From: Nitrosopumilus sp.
Lineage (GTDB): Archaea; Thermoproteota; Nitrososphaeria; Nitrososphaerales; Nitrosopumilaceae
NCBI GenBank assembly: GCA_965206745.1
Contig: OZ242220.1
Span: forward strand, 288,001-352,000
Direction of reading: 5' to 3'
Length of the DNA stretch: 64,000 nucleotides
Shown here: piece after piece, positions 1 through 7,977 of the stretch
Position numbering within the stretch: the stretch's first letter is position 1
How the letters are laid out: each line of letters begins with the position of its first letter
Program-made: the position numbers and the translations under genes
The notes under the pieces: generated by a model
Database searches by the model: none
Seen by the model: only the letters and a program-made list of their open reading frames with translations
What the model was told of the DNA's origin: nothing

Positions 1-2
1 AC

Positions 3-80
3 CCTCATGAAAACGTACAACCAAAGTTAAAAATCATTTGTTATGAGAACAGACAACTTGATACAATCGTAATAGAGTAA
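3..80 (+). pseudogene. 3' end or relic of a MORN-variant repeat gene (runs off the window edge)
   Basis: Translates as PHENVQPKLKIICYENRQLDTIVIE*, resembling the HENGQP/YYENGQL repeats of the adjacent gene family. Confidence 0.35.
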
Positions 81-228
81 GGAAATAATCAACGGGGCTG
101 TCATAATGAAAACTGACAGCACAAACCCTGAAATTGGATTAGAACGTATTTTCAAAACCGACTAGACTTCTCATAAGAACGTCTCAATACTTCGTAAGTC
201 TTTTAATACAATAAACCATTCAAAATTA

Positions 229-2457
229 TTGAATAAAATCATTCTGTTAACAATATCATTAATTTTAGTTGCTTCAACGGGTCTAGGATCATCTTATGCT
301 CAAAATTATGGTGACGTTATACAGAGATGGGATGATTATGTTCAATCATACAAAGTCTATGTAGAAGAATACCAAAAATATGTGGAAAAATATGAAGGTT
401 ATGTGGCTGAATACAAGAATTATATGCAAAAATACAACATATGGGATGATGATATCATCAGCAGTCTAGAATCAGAGAATAAAGGTGTGAAATCTGAGTT
501 TGTCAAAATCACGTTAAAATTATACAAAATATCGCCAGAAACTAAACTAGAACCTGTCACCGTGCCCAAAGATGTACAGCCAACAGTGCAGCCAGTAACC
601 CAGCCAATAGTAGAACCTGTCATTCAGCCAATAGTAGACCCAACGGTACAGCCAGCTGTACAGCCAATAGTAGACCCAACGGTACAGCCAGCTGTACAGC
701 CAATAGTAGACCCAACGGTACAGCCAGCTGTACAGCCAATAGTAGAACCAGTAACCCAGCCAATAGTAGAACCAGTAACCCAGCCAATAGTAGAACCAGT
801 AACCCAGCCAATAGTAGAACCAGTAACCCAGCCAATAGTAGAACCAGTAACCCAGCCAATAGTAGAGCCAACGGTACAGCCAGCTGTACAGCCAATAGTA
901 GAACCAGTAACCCAGCCAATAGTAGAACCAGTAACCCAGCCAATAGTAGAACCAGTAACCCAGCCAATAGTAGAACCAGTAACCCAGCCAATAGTAGAGC
1001 CAACGGTACAGCCAACCCCCAAATCCTCTGTCGTAGAATCTAACACAGTTCCTATATCTCAAACAAGTAATTCCATAGACACACCACCAACCAGCAACGA
1101 ACCTATGAAGTGGTATTATGATGATGGAAGTTTAAAAATACTTGAAGAATATTATGAGGATGGACAAAAGGAGAAGTATACGGAATATGATGAAAATGGA
1201 ATCATCATTGTAGATGAAGAATGGTATAGGGATGGATCTCTGATGTCAGTCATTAGTTATGATTCTAATGGACAAATACGTCAAGAATATGAAGCAGATG
1301 AGAATGGAAAAGTCATAATTAACGCACGGTATCATAGCAATGGGAATTTAGATGAAGTTGAAGAATATGGTGAAAATGGAAAAATAAAAAAGACCACAAA
1401 ATATCATTATGATGGAACTATCCGTGTAGAAACGCAACGACATGACAATGGACATCTAATGTCAGTGATTGAATATTATCAGGATGGACAACTGCAAGGA
1501 AAATATCAATACGATGAGAATGGAGAAAATACACTATTCATAAAATATTATGAGAGCGGACAACTAAAAGAAGAGATACAATATGGTGAAAATGGAAATA
1601 AGAAAAAGACCACAAAATATCATTATGATGGAACTATCCGTGCAGAAAAGAAATGGCATGACAATGGACAACTAATGTCACATATTGAATATTATCAGAA
1701 TGGGCAACTGCAAGAAAAATATCAATACGATGAAAATGGAAAAAATACAATATTCCTAAAATATTATGTGGGTGGGCAACTAAAAGAAGAGATACAATAT
1801 GATGAAAATGGAAATAAAAAACTTAACAACAAATATGATGAGGATGGCAACCTCTACAACGAAATAATCTATTCTGAAAATGGAGATGAGAAATCACACA
1901 TATTATATCGTGTTAACGGACAAATAGATATTTCCACGGACAATTATGGGGATGGTTACCAGTCACATTCTTATGATGAAAATGGCAACCTTGTGCTAGG
2001 ATATAGTTACACACCATCATCCAACAAAGAACCTAAAACCTGGTATTTTAGTAATGGAAATGTACAATACTATGAAGAATATCATGAGGATGGAACAATG
2101 AAAAAGCAATTAGAATACTATGATGGTAGATATGATACGTCAGGCAGATATATTGAAAGACAATACTATGAGGAAGGAACTCTAATGTCTGAAATCCAGT
2201 ATTATGAGGGAGGCGAAATAAGAACTGAATATAGACTTGATGCGTATGGACCCCCCACAATTGATGTACGTTATTATGAGAATGGACAAATACGTACAGA
2301 ACTCATATATCATGAAAATCATAAAGTGGAATTTGATAAGATGTATTATGAAGATGGGACTTTGAAATCAAAATTTCATTATCTTGAAGATCTGGAACAC
2401 AAATCTTTCTATGATACAAATGGAAATCTGATACATTCTGAATATCTCATGTATTGA
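229..2457 (+). CDS. Secreted MORN-variant (YwqK-like) repeat protein with Tyr-heptad N-terminus and Pro/Val/Thr/Gln stalk
   Basis: TTG start; signal peptide ending SSYA; PIVEPVTQ/PIVDPTVQPAVQ repeats; many YYENGQL-type repeats; paralogous to 41450 and 44815. Confidence 0.85.
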   Translation: MNKIILLTISLILVASTGLGSSYAQNYGDVIQRWDDYVQSYKVYVEEYQKYVEKYEGYVAEYKNYMQKYNIWDDDIISSLESENKGVKSEFVKITLKLYKISPETKLEPVTVPKDVQPTVQPVTQPIVEPVIQPIVDPTVQPAVQPIVDPTVQPAVQPIVDPTVQPAVQPIVEPVTQPIVEPVTQPIVEPVTQPIVEPVTQPIVEPVTQPIVEPTVQPAVQPIVEPVTQPIVEPVTQPIVEPVTQPIVEPVTQPIVEPTVQPTPKSSVVESNTVPISQTSNSIDTPPTSNEPMKWYYDDGSLKILEEYYEDGQKEKYTEYDENGIIIVDEEWYRDGSLMSVISYDSNGQIRQEYEADENGKVIINARYHSNGNLDEVEEYGENGKIKKTTKYHYDGTIRVETQRHDNGHLMSVIEYYQDGQLQGKYQYDENGENTLFIKYYESGQLKEEIQYGENGNKKKTTKYHYDGTIRAEKKWHDNGQLMSHIEYYQNGQLQEKYQYDENGKNTIFLKYYVGGQLKEEIQYDENGNKKLNNKYDEDGNLYNEIIYSENGDEKSHILYRVNGQIDISTDNYGDGYQSHSYDENGNLVLGYSYTPSSNKEPKTWYFSNGNVQYYEEYHEDGTMKKQLEYYDGRYDTSGRYIERQYYEEGTLMSEIQYYEGGEIRTEYRLDAYGPPTIDVRYYENGQIRTELIYHENHKVEFDKMYYEDGTLKSKFHYLEDLEHKSFYDTNGNLIHSEYLMY
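575..1015 (+). repeat. In-frame 24-bp and 36-bp tandem repeats (PIVEPVTQ / PIVDPTVQPAVQ)
   Basis: Directly visible CAGCCAATAGTAGAACCAGTAACC units and variants. Confidence 0.95.
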
Positions 2458-2744
2458 ATACCGCTCACCATTTGAATTTAATATCATGCAGCAAAATATT
2501 GCCCACTAAAGGCCAAAATTAGGCATGCGTTGGTCAAGGTATCACTGTTCTGACATGTCAACTAAGACTGTCTCTACTGCAATAGTATGAAATCATCTCA
2601 TGACACCAGGGATGTTTCGATCAGAGAATCCTTCATGCAATAAATCCCAGATGATGGAGATGGGGTATAAAATATGGGGCCTACAGCGGTCACAGAATGT
2701 GTCTGATCGCAAATTTAAGGGTGTAATTTTTACACTACCAGCAT

Positions 2745-2761
2745 GGGTAAATTGTTATATA
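2745..2761 (+). promoter_or_regulatory. Putative BRE/TATA promoter of ncRNA copy 1
   Basis: GGGTAAATTG followed by TTATATA (2755-2761), about 24 nt before the hairpin; conserved in copy 2. Confidence 0.55.
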
Positions 2762-2778
2762 TCATTTAGGTGTAGCAG

Positions 2779-2855
2779 TGTCAACCATATCCGAATCCCT
2801 TGGGTCAGTTTGTGCTGGCGAACCTCGGGCCTTTGTGGGTGTGGCCTTGTTTTAT
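2779..2855 (+). ncRNA. Candidate structured small RNA, copy 1 (DUF3800-associated)
   Basis: Nested stems CCATATCC/GGGTGTGG, CCC..GG/CC..GGG and GTCAG/CTGGC; TATA upstream; T-rich tract downstream. Confidence 0.6.
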
Positions 2856-2936
2856 TCAACAATATTCTCACATCATAAAGAAATCAATGAACTATCACAA
2901 GTAAAATCATAACTGTGCAACAAGACTCTTCTTATT

Positions 2937-2994
2937 TCATCTGAAATCTTTTTTTAATTGTGTTAAAGTTGGACCGTGTAAATTCATCACACAT
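2937..2994 (-). pseudogene. Truncated 3' remnant of a DUF3800-like paralog
   Basis: Encodes CVMNLHGPTLTQLKKDFR*, compared with CMMDLHGLILAQLKKEFK* at the end of 5745-6323. Confidence 0.75.
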
Positions 2995-3084
2995 CATAGA
3001 TGAGGTTATGACAATGATCTAGCAGGTGTTCTCGTGTGAACTATACTGCGCGATACTTAAGTGCAATTGGCTACTGAATCGTGT

Positions 3085-4890
3085 ATGTCATATGTGGTGC
3101 TTGTGCTACTAGCAATACTGGCAGTTGGAGTTTTGACGCCTGCATTTGCTCAACAACCAACCCCTGAACAACCAACCCCTGAACAACCAACCCCTGAACA
3201 ACCAACCCCTGAACAACCAACCCCTGAACAACCAACCCCTGAACAACCAACCCCTGAACAACCAACCCCTGAACAACCAACCCCTGAACAACCAACCCCT
3301 GAACAACCAACCCCTGAACAACCAACCCCTGAACAACCAACCCCTGAACAACCAACCCCTGAACAACCAACCCCTGAACAACCAACCCCTGAACAACCAA
3401 CCCCTGAACAACCAACCCCTGAACAACCAACCCCTGAACAACCAACCCCTGAACAACCAACCCCTGAACAACCAACCCCTGAACAACCAACCCCTGAACA
3501 ACCAACCCCTGAACAACCAACCCCTGAACAACCAACCCCTGAACAACCAACCCCTGAACAACCAACCCCAGTCAAACAGATGCGTGAGGGCATACCATTA
3601 AACCAAATTCAATGTAATGATCAAAGAATTCTTCTCGAATCACCTGCTGGCAGACCTGTATGTGTGTTTGATGGTACTGTTGAAAAACTATCTCAGCGAG
3701 GATGGGATGTTGTTGTTTCACTTGAATCTGTAACTGAATCCATATCTGAGGAGATAGAGGAATCAACTGATCAGCCAATCAAATCTATACTTGACACTGT
3801 AGAAGAACCCACAACTAACACACCCACTGAATCTATATCTGAAGAACCAGTCGATCAACCCACTGAACCCATAACTGACACTGTAGAAGAACCCATAACT
3901 GACACACCCACTGAACCCATAACTGACACTGTAGAAGAACCCACAACTAACACACCCACTGAACCCATAACTGACACTGTAGAAGAACCCACAACTAACA
4001 CACCCACTGAACCCATAACTGACACTGTAGAAGAACCCACAACTAACACACCCACTGAACCCATAACTGACACTGTAGAAGAACCCACAACTAACACACC
4101 CACTGAACCCATAACTGACACTGTAGAAGAACCCACAACTAACACACCCACTGAACCCATAACTGACACTGTAGAAGAACCCATAACTGACACTGTAGAA
4201 GAACCCACAACTAACACACCCACTGAACCTACATCTGAAGAGACAGAAGAACATCTTGACAAACCAGCAGAACCACAAACAGAATCTTCCCCTGAAAATG
4301 ATATCCTGTATTTCCTAGACGATGGCCATATAACCACAATGTATTCCCCAAAACCGTTCTACCCTGATTCAGTGTGGGTTCCCATACCCCTTGCAGATGC
4401 TGAAATTTTAATGCAATACATGGTAAAAGCCAATGATGATAAAATAATATTCATAGATCACTCATCATCATTACCATGTATTGTTTCTGGCAAATGTCGT
4501 ATACCTGAGGCAGACATCAATATGTTTAGACCATCTATAGAATCTGATGATGCTTATCTGTATCATACAGAAAAAGGCAACTGGTTTTCACTGAGCAAGA
4601 AACATGCATCTTTTGCTACAAGTTTTGATATTGACGCACCACATGCAATAGTTAGTATAGCCTATACCATATCTGAACATATACCATATGATCAACAAGA
4701 TGAATTTATCGTCTCGCTTATGAACAAGATCGCACAGCCTAGTTCTGAAACATTTGCTCTCTTAGGTAATAAGATGATTCTCCCTGGAATGACAAAAGCA
4801 TTATCTGTTCTTGATTGGGTAAACTTGGATGACAAACCTTCTGTAAAAATAGTCTTTACTGTCTGGGCAAATAGTACAGAATCAATTTAA
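3085..4890 (+). CDS. Secreted/surface PEQPT-repeat protein with thaumarchaeal PxKQ-C-C domain; C-terminus probably frameshifted
   Basis: ATG 3085 with signal peptide ending PAFA; 28x EQPTP; PVKQMREGIPLNQIQC...PVCV...RGW domain; 16-aa TEPITDTVEEPTTNTP repeats. Confidence 0.8.
   Translation: MSYVVLVLLAILAVGVLTPAFAQQPTPEQPTPEQPTPEQPTPEQPTPEQPTPEQPTPEQPTPEQPTPEQPTPEQPTPEQPTPEQPTPEQPTPEQPTPEQPTPEQPTPEQPTPEQPTPEQPTPEQPTPEQPTPEQPTPEQPTPEQPTPEQPTPEQPTPEQPTPVKQMREGIPLNQIQCNDQRILLESPAGRPVCVFDGTVEKLSQRGWDVVVSLESVTESISEEIEESTDQPIKSILDTVEEPTTNTPTESISEEPVDQPTEPITDTVEEPITDTPTEPITDTVEEPTTNTPTEPITDTVEEPTTNTPTEPITDTVEEPTTNTPTEPITDTVEEPTTNTPTEPITDTVEEPTTNTPTEPITDTVEEPITDTVEEPTTNTPTEPTSEETEEHLDKPAEPQTESSPENDILYFLDDGHITTMYSPKPFYPDSVWVPIPLADAEILMQYMVKANDDKIIFIDHSSSLPCIVSGKCRIPEADINMFRPSIESDDAYLYHTEKGNWFSLSKKHASFATSFDIDAPHAIVSIAYTISEHIPYDQQDEFIVSLMNKIAQPSSETFALLGNKMILPGMTKALSVLDWVNLDDKPSVKIVFTVWANSTESI
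3151..3570 (+). repeat. 15-bp tandem repeat GAACAACCAACCCCT x28
   Basis: 26 identical units plus a variant first and last unit. Confidence 0.98.
3790..4230 (+). repeat. 48-bp tandem repeat (PTEPITDTVEEPTTNT)
   Basis: Directly visible near-identical units with partial copies. Confidence 0.93.
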
Positions 4891-5167
4891 CCAGTTAGCC
4901 CTAAATGGGACTGAACGGGAAAGATGTGTACATGAATTTGCAAAAAAGCATATACCTCTAATTGAACCCGATTATTGCGTATCATTTGAGGAAGAACCTC
5001 TGAGAGGCGATTCGAGTTACGTAGATGTATTTGCCGGCACTATTTACCAGCATAAGAGTAGGCCATTGTATTAAGCCTGATGGTCGTTGGTATGTAGATG
5101 TAACTATAGAAGTATTGGAAGGTGAGATTGTTTTTTTACGCATAATCAGAATTTAGTCAAGGACTGA

Positions 5168-5463
5168 CATGAAAAAATTAACATCTCCGAATATGCCCTG
5201 ATCCATTTACAATCAAAAATACAGAAACAACCAGGAACAGCTAAATCAATACCCACTATAAAACCAATCACAGACACATCAACAAAAGATCTCTTTGAAT
5301 CCCATTGCCATGAAAATGGAAATCTAAAAAACCCAAAAAATATAATCTGATTGGAAATGGAAATTTGGAATAGGAAACTCACTACTATGGTGATAACGGA
5401 TTTATAAAATCTGACAAAAGATGGAATGAAGATGGTAATTGGAAAAACAATGTTGAAGGTTGA
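5168..5463 (+). pseudogene. Degraded MORN-variant repeat paralog
   Basis: SEYALIHLQSKI...HENGNLK, then a frameshift to GNGNLE*ETHYYGDNGFIKSDKRWNEDGNW; in-frame stop at 5371. Confidence 0.6.
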
Positions 5464-5552
5464 TAATCTACTTGCGGTATACCAAACTATGTCTGGATTC
5501 ATGTGTATTTGTACTAAAAAAGTTCAAAATTGATATTTGGTTTTTATAGCAT

Positions 5553-5569
5553 GGGCAAATTATTATATA
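5553..5569 (+). promoter_or_regulatory. Putative BRE/TATA promoter of ncRNA copy 2
   Basis: GGGCAAATTA followed by TTATATA (5563-5569), same spacing to the hairpin as in copy 1. Confidence 0.55.
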
Positions 5570-5586
5570 CTATTTAGGTATAGTAG

Positions 5587-5663
5587 TGTCAACCATACCC
5601 GAATCCTTTGGGCTAGTTTGTGCTGGCGATCCTCGGGCTTTTGTGGGTGTGGCCTTGTTTTAT
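5587..5663 (+). ncRNA. Candidate structured small RNA, copy 2, convergent with the DUF3800-like gene
   Basis: Stems CCATACCC/GGGTGTGG, CCT..GG/CC..GGG and GCTAG/CTGGC; stem differences from copy 1 are all C/U opposite G. Confidence 0.65.
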
Positions 5664-5744
5664 TCAACAATATTCTCACATCATAAAGAAACCAATGAAT
5701 TATCACAAATAAAACCATAGTTGTGCAACAAGACTCTCCTTATT

Positions 5745-6323
5745 TCATTTAAATTCTTTTTTTAATTGTGCTAAAATTAGACCGTGTAAATCCATCATAC
5801 ATACACCTTTTGGTTCTTCATTGTGGTGGTTAAACCATGCAATAGCGTCTGATAATGAATGTGCCTTATGAGCATCACCACATTTCAGACTAACATCTTT
5901 TAGAAAATTACGGCAATCTTGATCAGACTGAAAACCAATGTCATCTAGTGCATGCTGATGTCGATAAATAAAATCATTCACTTTATTTTTTATGTGATAC
6001 CAAACACATTTGTTAAATTGCTTTCGAATTTTTGCTGTCGAATTTTTATTATTTTCAGATCTTATTTTTTTCATTATCTCGCCAATTACTTGTTTTTGTT
6101 CTATTCGTAGACAAAATGCAATCATGTCGTCTCCTGTAAAATCTAATTCAGAGAAAATTCTCCTGCGGTTCTTTTTATAATAGATGTCTTTCATGTGAAT
6201 TTCATCAGAACCTAGACGACGCATTTGTGAATTTATACTCTCTTGTGTGCCTATGACAATTGCAATATATTGGCAATTGCCAAATTCCTTATTTCCAGAT
6301 ACGTCTATTCCTGCTTCTAACAT
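5745..6323 (-). CDS. DUF3800-like protein (predicted RNase H-like fold)
   Basis: N-terminal GIDVSGN resembles the family YxDESG motif; EIHM; C-terminal SLSDAIAW resembles QLADxxA; AT-rich. Confidence 0.6.
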   Translation of the reverse strand: MLEAGIDVSGNKEFGNCQYIAIVIGTQESINSQMRRLGSDEIHMKDIYYKKNRRRIFSELDFTGDDMIAFCLRIEQKQVIGEIMKKIRSENNKNSTAKIRKQFNKCVWYHIKNKVNDFIYRHQHALDDIGFQSDQDCRNFLKDVSLKCGDAHKAHSLSDAIAWFNHHNEEPKGVCMMDLHGLILAQLKKEFK

Positions 6324-6784
6324 ATTAAATCACACTTGATATAATCTAAATTTCAACATGTCTATAATATTTTTCTCTCATCAATTTTTTGTGTATTTTT
6401 GTATAATTCTATTGCTCTCTAGTATCCTTTTTGTAAATTCTTTGTGATCTAACCCCTGGCACATCTATCATATATTTACCATCGTCCAACTTTTCAAACC
6501 ATTCTAACAGCATCTGCACATTGCTAACCAGCTCACATCAACTTGCCAGTGCACGACTAGACGCTAGATTATAACTTACAACAACCCATAGTGCAAAACT
6601 GCGATCTCATTTCTTGTCTAGAATCATACCTTGCACTGTGGTTATTCTGCATTACTTTTCTCCAATTTTACTCCCCCGGTTACTGCCTAAAATTAGGACA
6701 AACTAATTTTTGTACGATTGAGCCCAAAATACGGTGACAAAGTATTAAATTTAGAATGATACAACTACATAATCTGTGAGAGAC

Positions 6785-7372
6785 ATGGCACCAAGAAAGG
6801 CATCAATTAAGCGGGACACAAAGGAGACTAGCGTTTCAGTATCAGTAAACCTGGACGGGACCGGAAAAACGGCCATCAAGACCGGCATAAAATTCCTTGA
6901 TCACCTGATCGTATCTTTTGGCAAGCATGGCATGATGGATCTCAAGGTTGATGCAAAATCAAATGATGGAATTGAACATCACTTGGTTGAAGATACTGCA
7001 ATTACAATAGGACAGACAATAGACAAGGCACTAAGCTCGCGAAGAGGAATCACGCGATTCAGCTATGCCTCTGTGCCGATGGACGAGTCGCTAGCTGAGG
7101 CCTCAATAGATCTAGTAAAACGCCCATTCTCAAAACTGACCCTCTCCATCAAACGAAGTAAGATTGAGGATGTGTCAAAGGAGGATCTCGAACACTTCTT
7201 CCAGTCTCTATTACAGAACCTCAACAGCTGCATCCACCTTACTGTAAAGTATGGGGACAATGATCACCACAAAGTCGAGGCCGCAATAAAGTCACTTGCA
7301 GTTGCATTAAGGAACGCATCTGCATTGGATAAAAGACAGAAAGGAATCCCAAGCACAAAAGGTTCAATGTAA
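6785..7372 (+). CDS. hisB: Imidazoleglycerol-phosphate dehydratase
   Basis: [27 protein letters not shown] and PSTKG motifs. Confidence 0.97.
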   Translation: MAPRKASIKRDTKETSVSVSVNLDGTGKTAIKTGIKFLDHLIVSFGKHGMMDLKVDAKSNDGIEHHLVEDTAITIGQTIDKALSSRRGITRFSYASVPMDESLAEASIDLVKRPFSKLTLSIKRSKIEDVSKEDLEHFFQSLLQNLNSCIHLTVKYGDNDHHKVEAAIKSLAVALRNASALDKRQKGIPSTKGSM

Positions 7373-7977
7373 TGGCAGACGTTGCAATTTTTGATTATGG
7401 CGCCGGAAACATCTTCAGCCTGAAAAACTCTCTTGAAAAGGCAGGAGCCTCAGTTGATGTGATTACAAATTTTAACAGTCCAAATGTATATTCCGGTCTG
7501 CTATTACCCGGTGTCGGGAACTTTGATCCTGCCATGAATAGCATTAGGGAGACTTCCCGGATCCAGTTTAAAGAATACGTGGGCAGCATGCCCGTTCTTG
7601 GAATCTGTCTTGGTATGGAGATGTTCTTTGAGAAAAGCGAGGAAGGAAAACAGAAAGGCCTCAATGTCATTGACGGCCAAGTGATCGTGCTTCCCTCATC
7701 AATGAAAGTGCCGCACATGGGATGGAATGGCCTTGAAATCAAAAAGCCCGGAAAGATTCTAGAGGGAGTCGAGGATGGCTCTTGGGCCTACTTTGTCCAC
7801 TCGTATATCGTCAAGCCCAAGTTAAACGATGTGATAACTGCCGAATCCGACTATGGAATCAGGGTGCCTGCTGTTGTCGAGTCCGGTAATTTCTTTGGCA
7901 CGCAGTTTCATCCTGAAAAGTCAAGTGCCACGGGGAAAATCATGCTGGAGAATTTTCTCAGGGAGTGTAAAAGATGA
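7372..7977 (+). CDS. hisH: Imidazole glycerol phosphate synthase, glutaminase subunit
   Basis: DYGAGN, LPGVG, GICLG, PHMGWN and QFHPEKS motifs. Confidence 0.97.
   Translation: MADVAIFDYGAGNIFSLKNSLEKAGASVDVITNFNSPNVYSGLLLPGVGNFDPAMNSIRETSRIQFKEYVGSMPVLGICLGMEMFFEKSEEGKQKGLNVIDGQVIVLPSSMKVPHMGWNGLEIKKPGKILEGVEDGSWAYFVHSYIVKPKLNDVITAESDYGIRVPAVVESGNFFGTQFHPEKSSATGKIMLENFLRECKR

Larger units (their letters stand above)
2740..2994 (+). repeat. Copy 1 of a ~255-bp direct repeat (copy 2 at 5548-5802)
   Basis: Colinear alignment with offset 2808; contains promoter, structured RNA, spacer and the 3' end of a DUF3800-like gene. Confidence 0.93.
5548..5802 (+). repeat. Copy 2 of the ~255-bp direct repeat
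   Basis: Aligns with 2740-2994. Confidence 0.93.

Noticed and set aside
420-1062. Several minus-strand ORFs with striking periodic sequences (WLGYWFYY, LLAGLLV, GSTIGWVT)
   Set aside because: Shadows of the stop-free tandem repeats in 229-2457; the same applies at 3071-4337, 41641-42060 and 45006-45602.
2600-2878. 92-aa plus-strand ORF
   Set aside because: Runs across the repeat boundary, promoter and hairpin, is not preserved as such in copy 2, and has no recognisable motif.
3151-3570. Possible CRISPR array
   Set aside because: Units are contiguous with no spacers, are in frame within a gene, and no cas genes are present.
5146-5502. 118-aa hydrophobic minus-strand ORF
   Set aside because: Better explained as the antisense of the A-rich MORN pseudogene.
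6330-6700. Possible upstream partner gene of the DUF3800-like ORF
   Set aside because: Only short stop-interrupted fragments; nothing recognisable.
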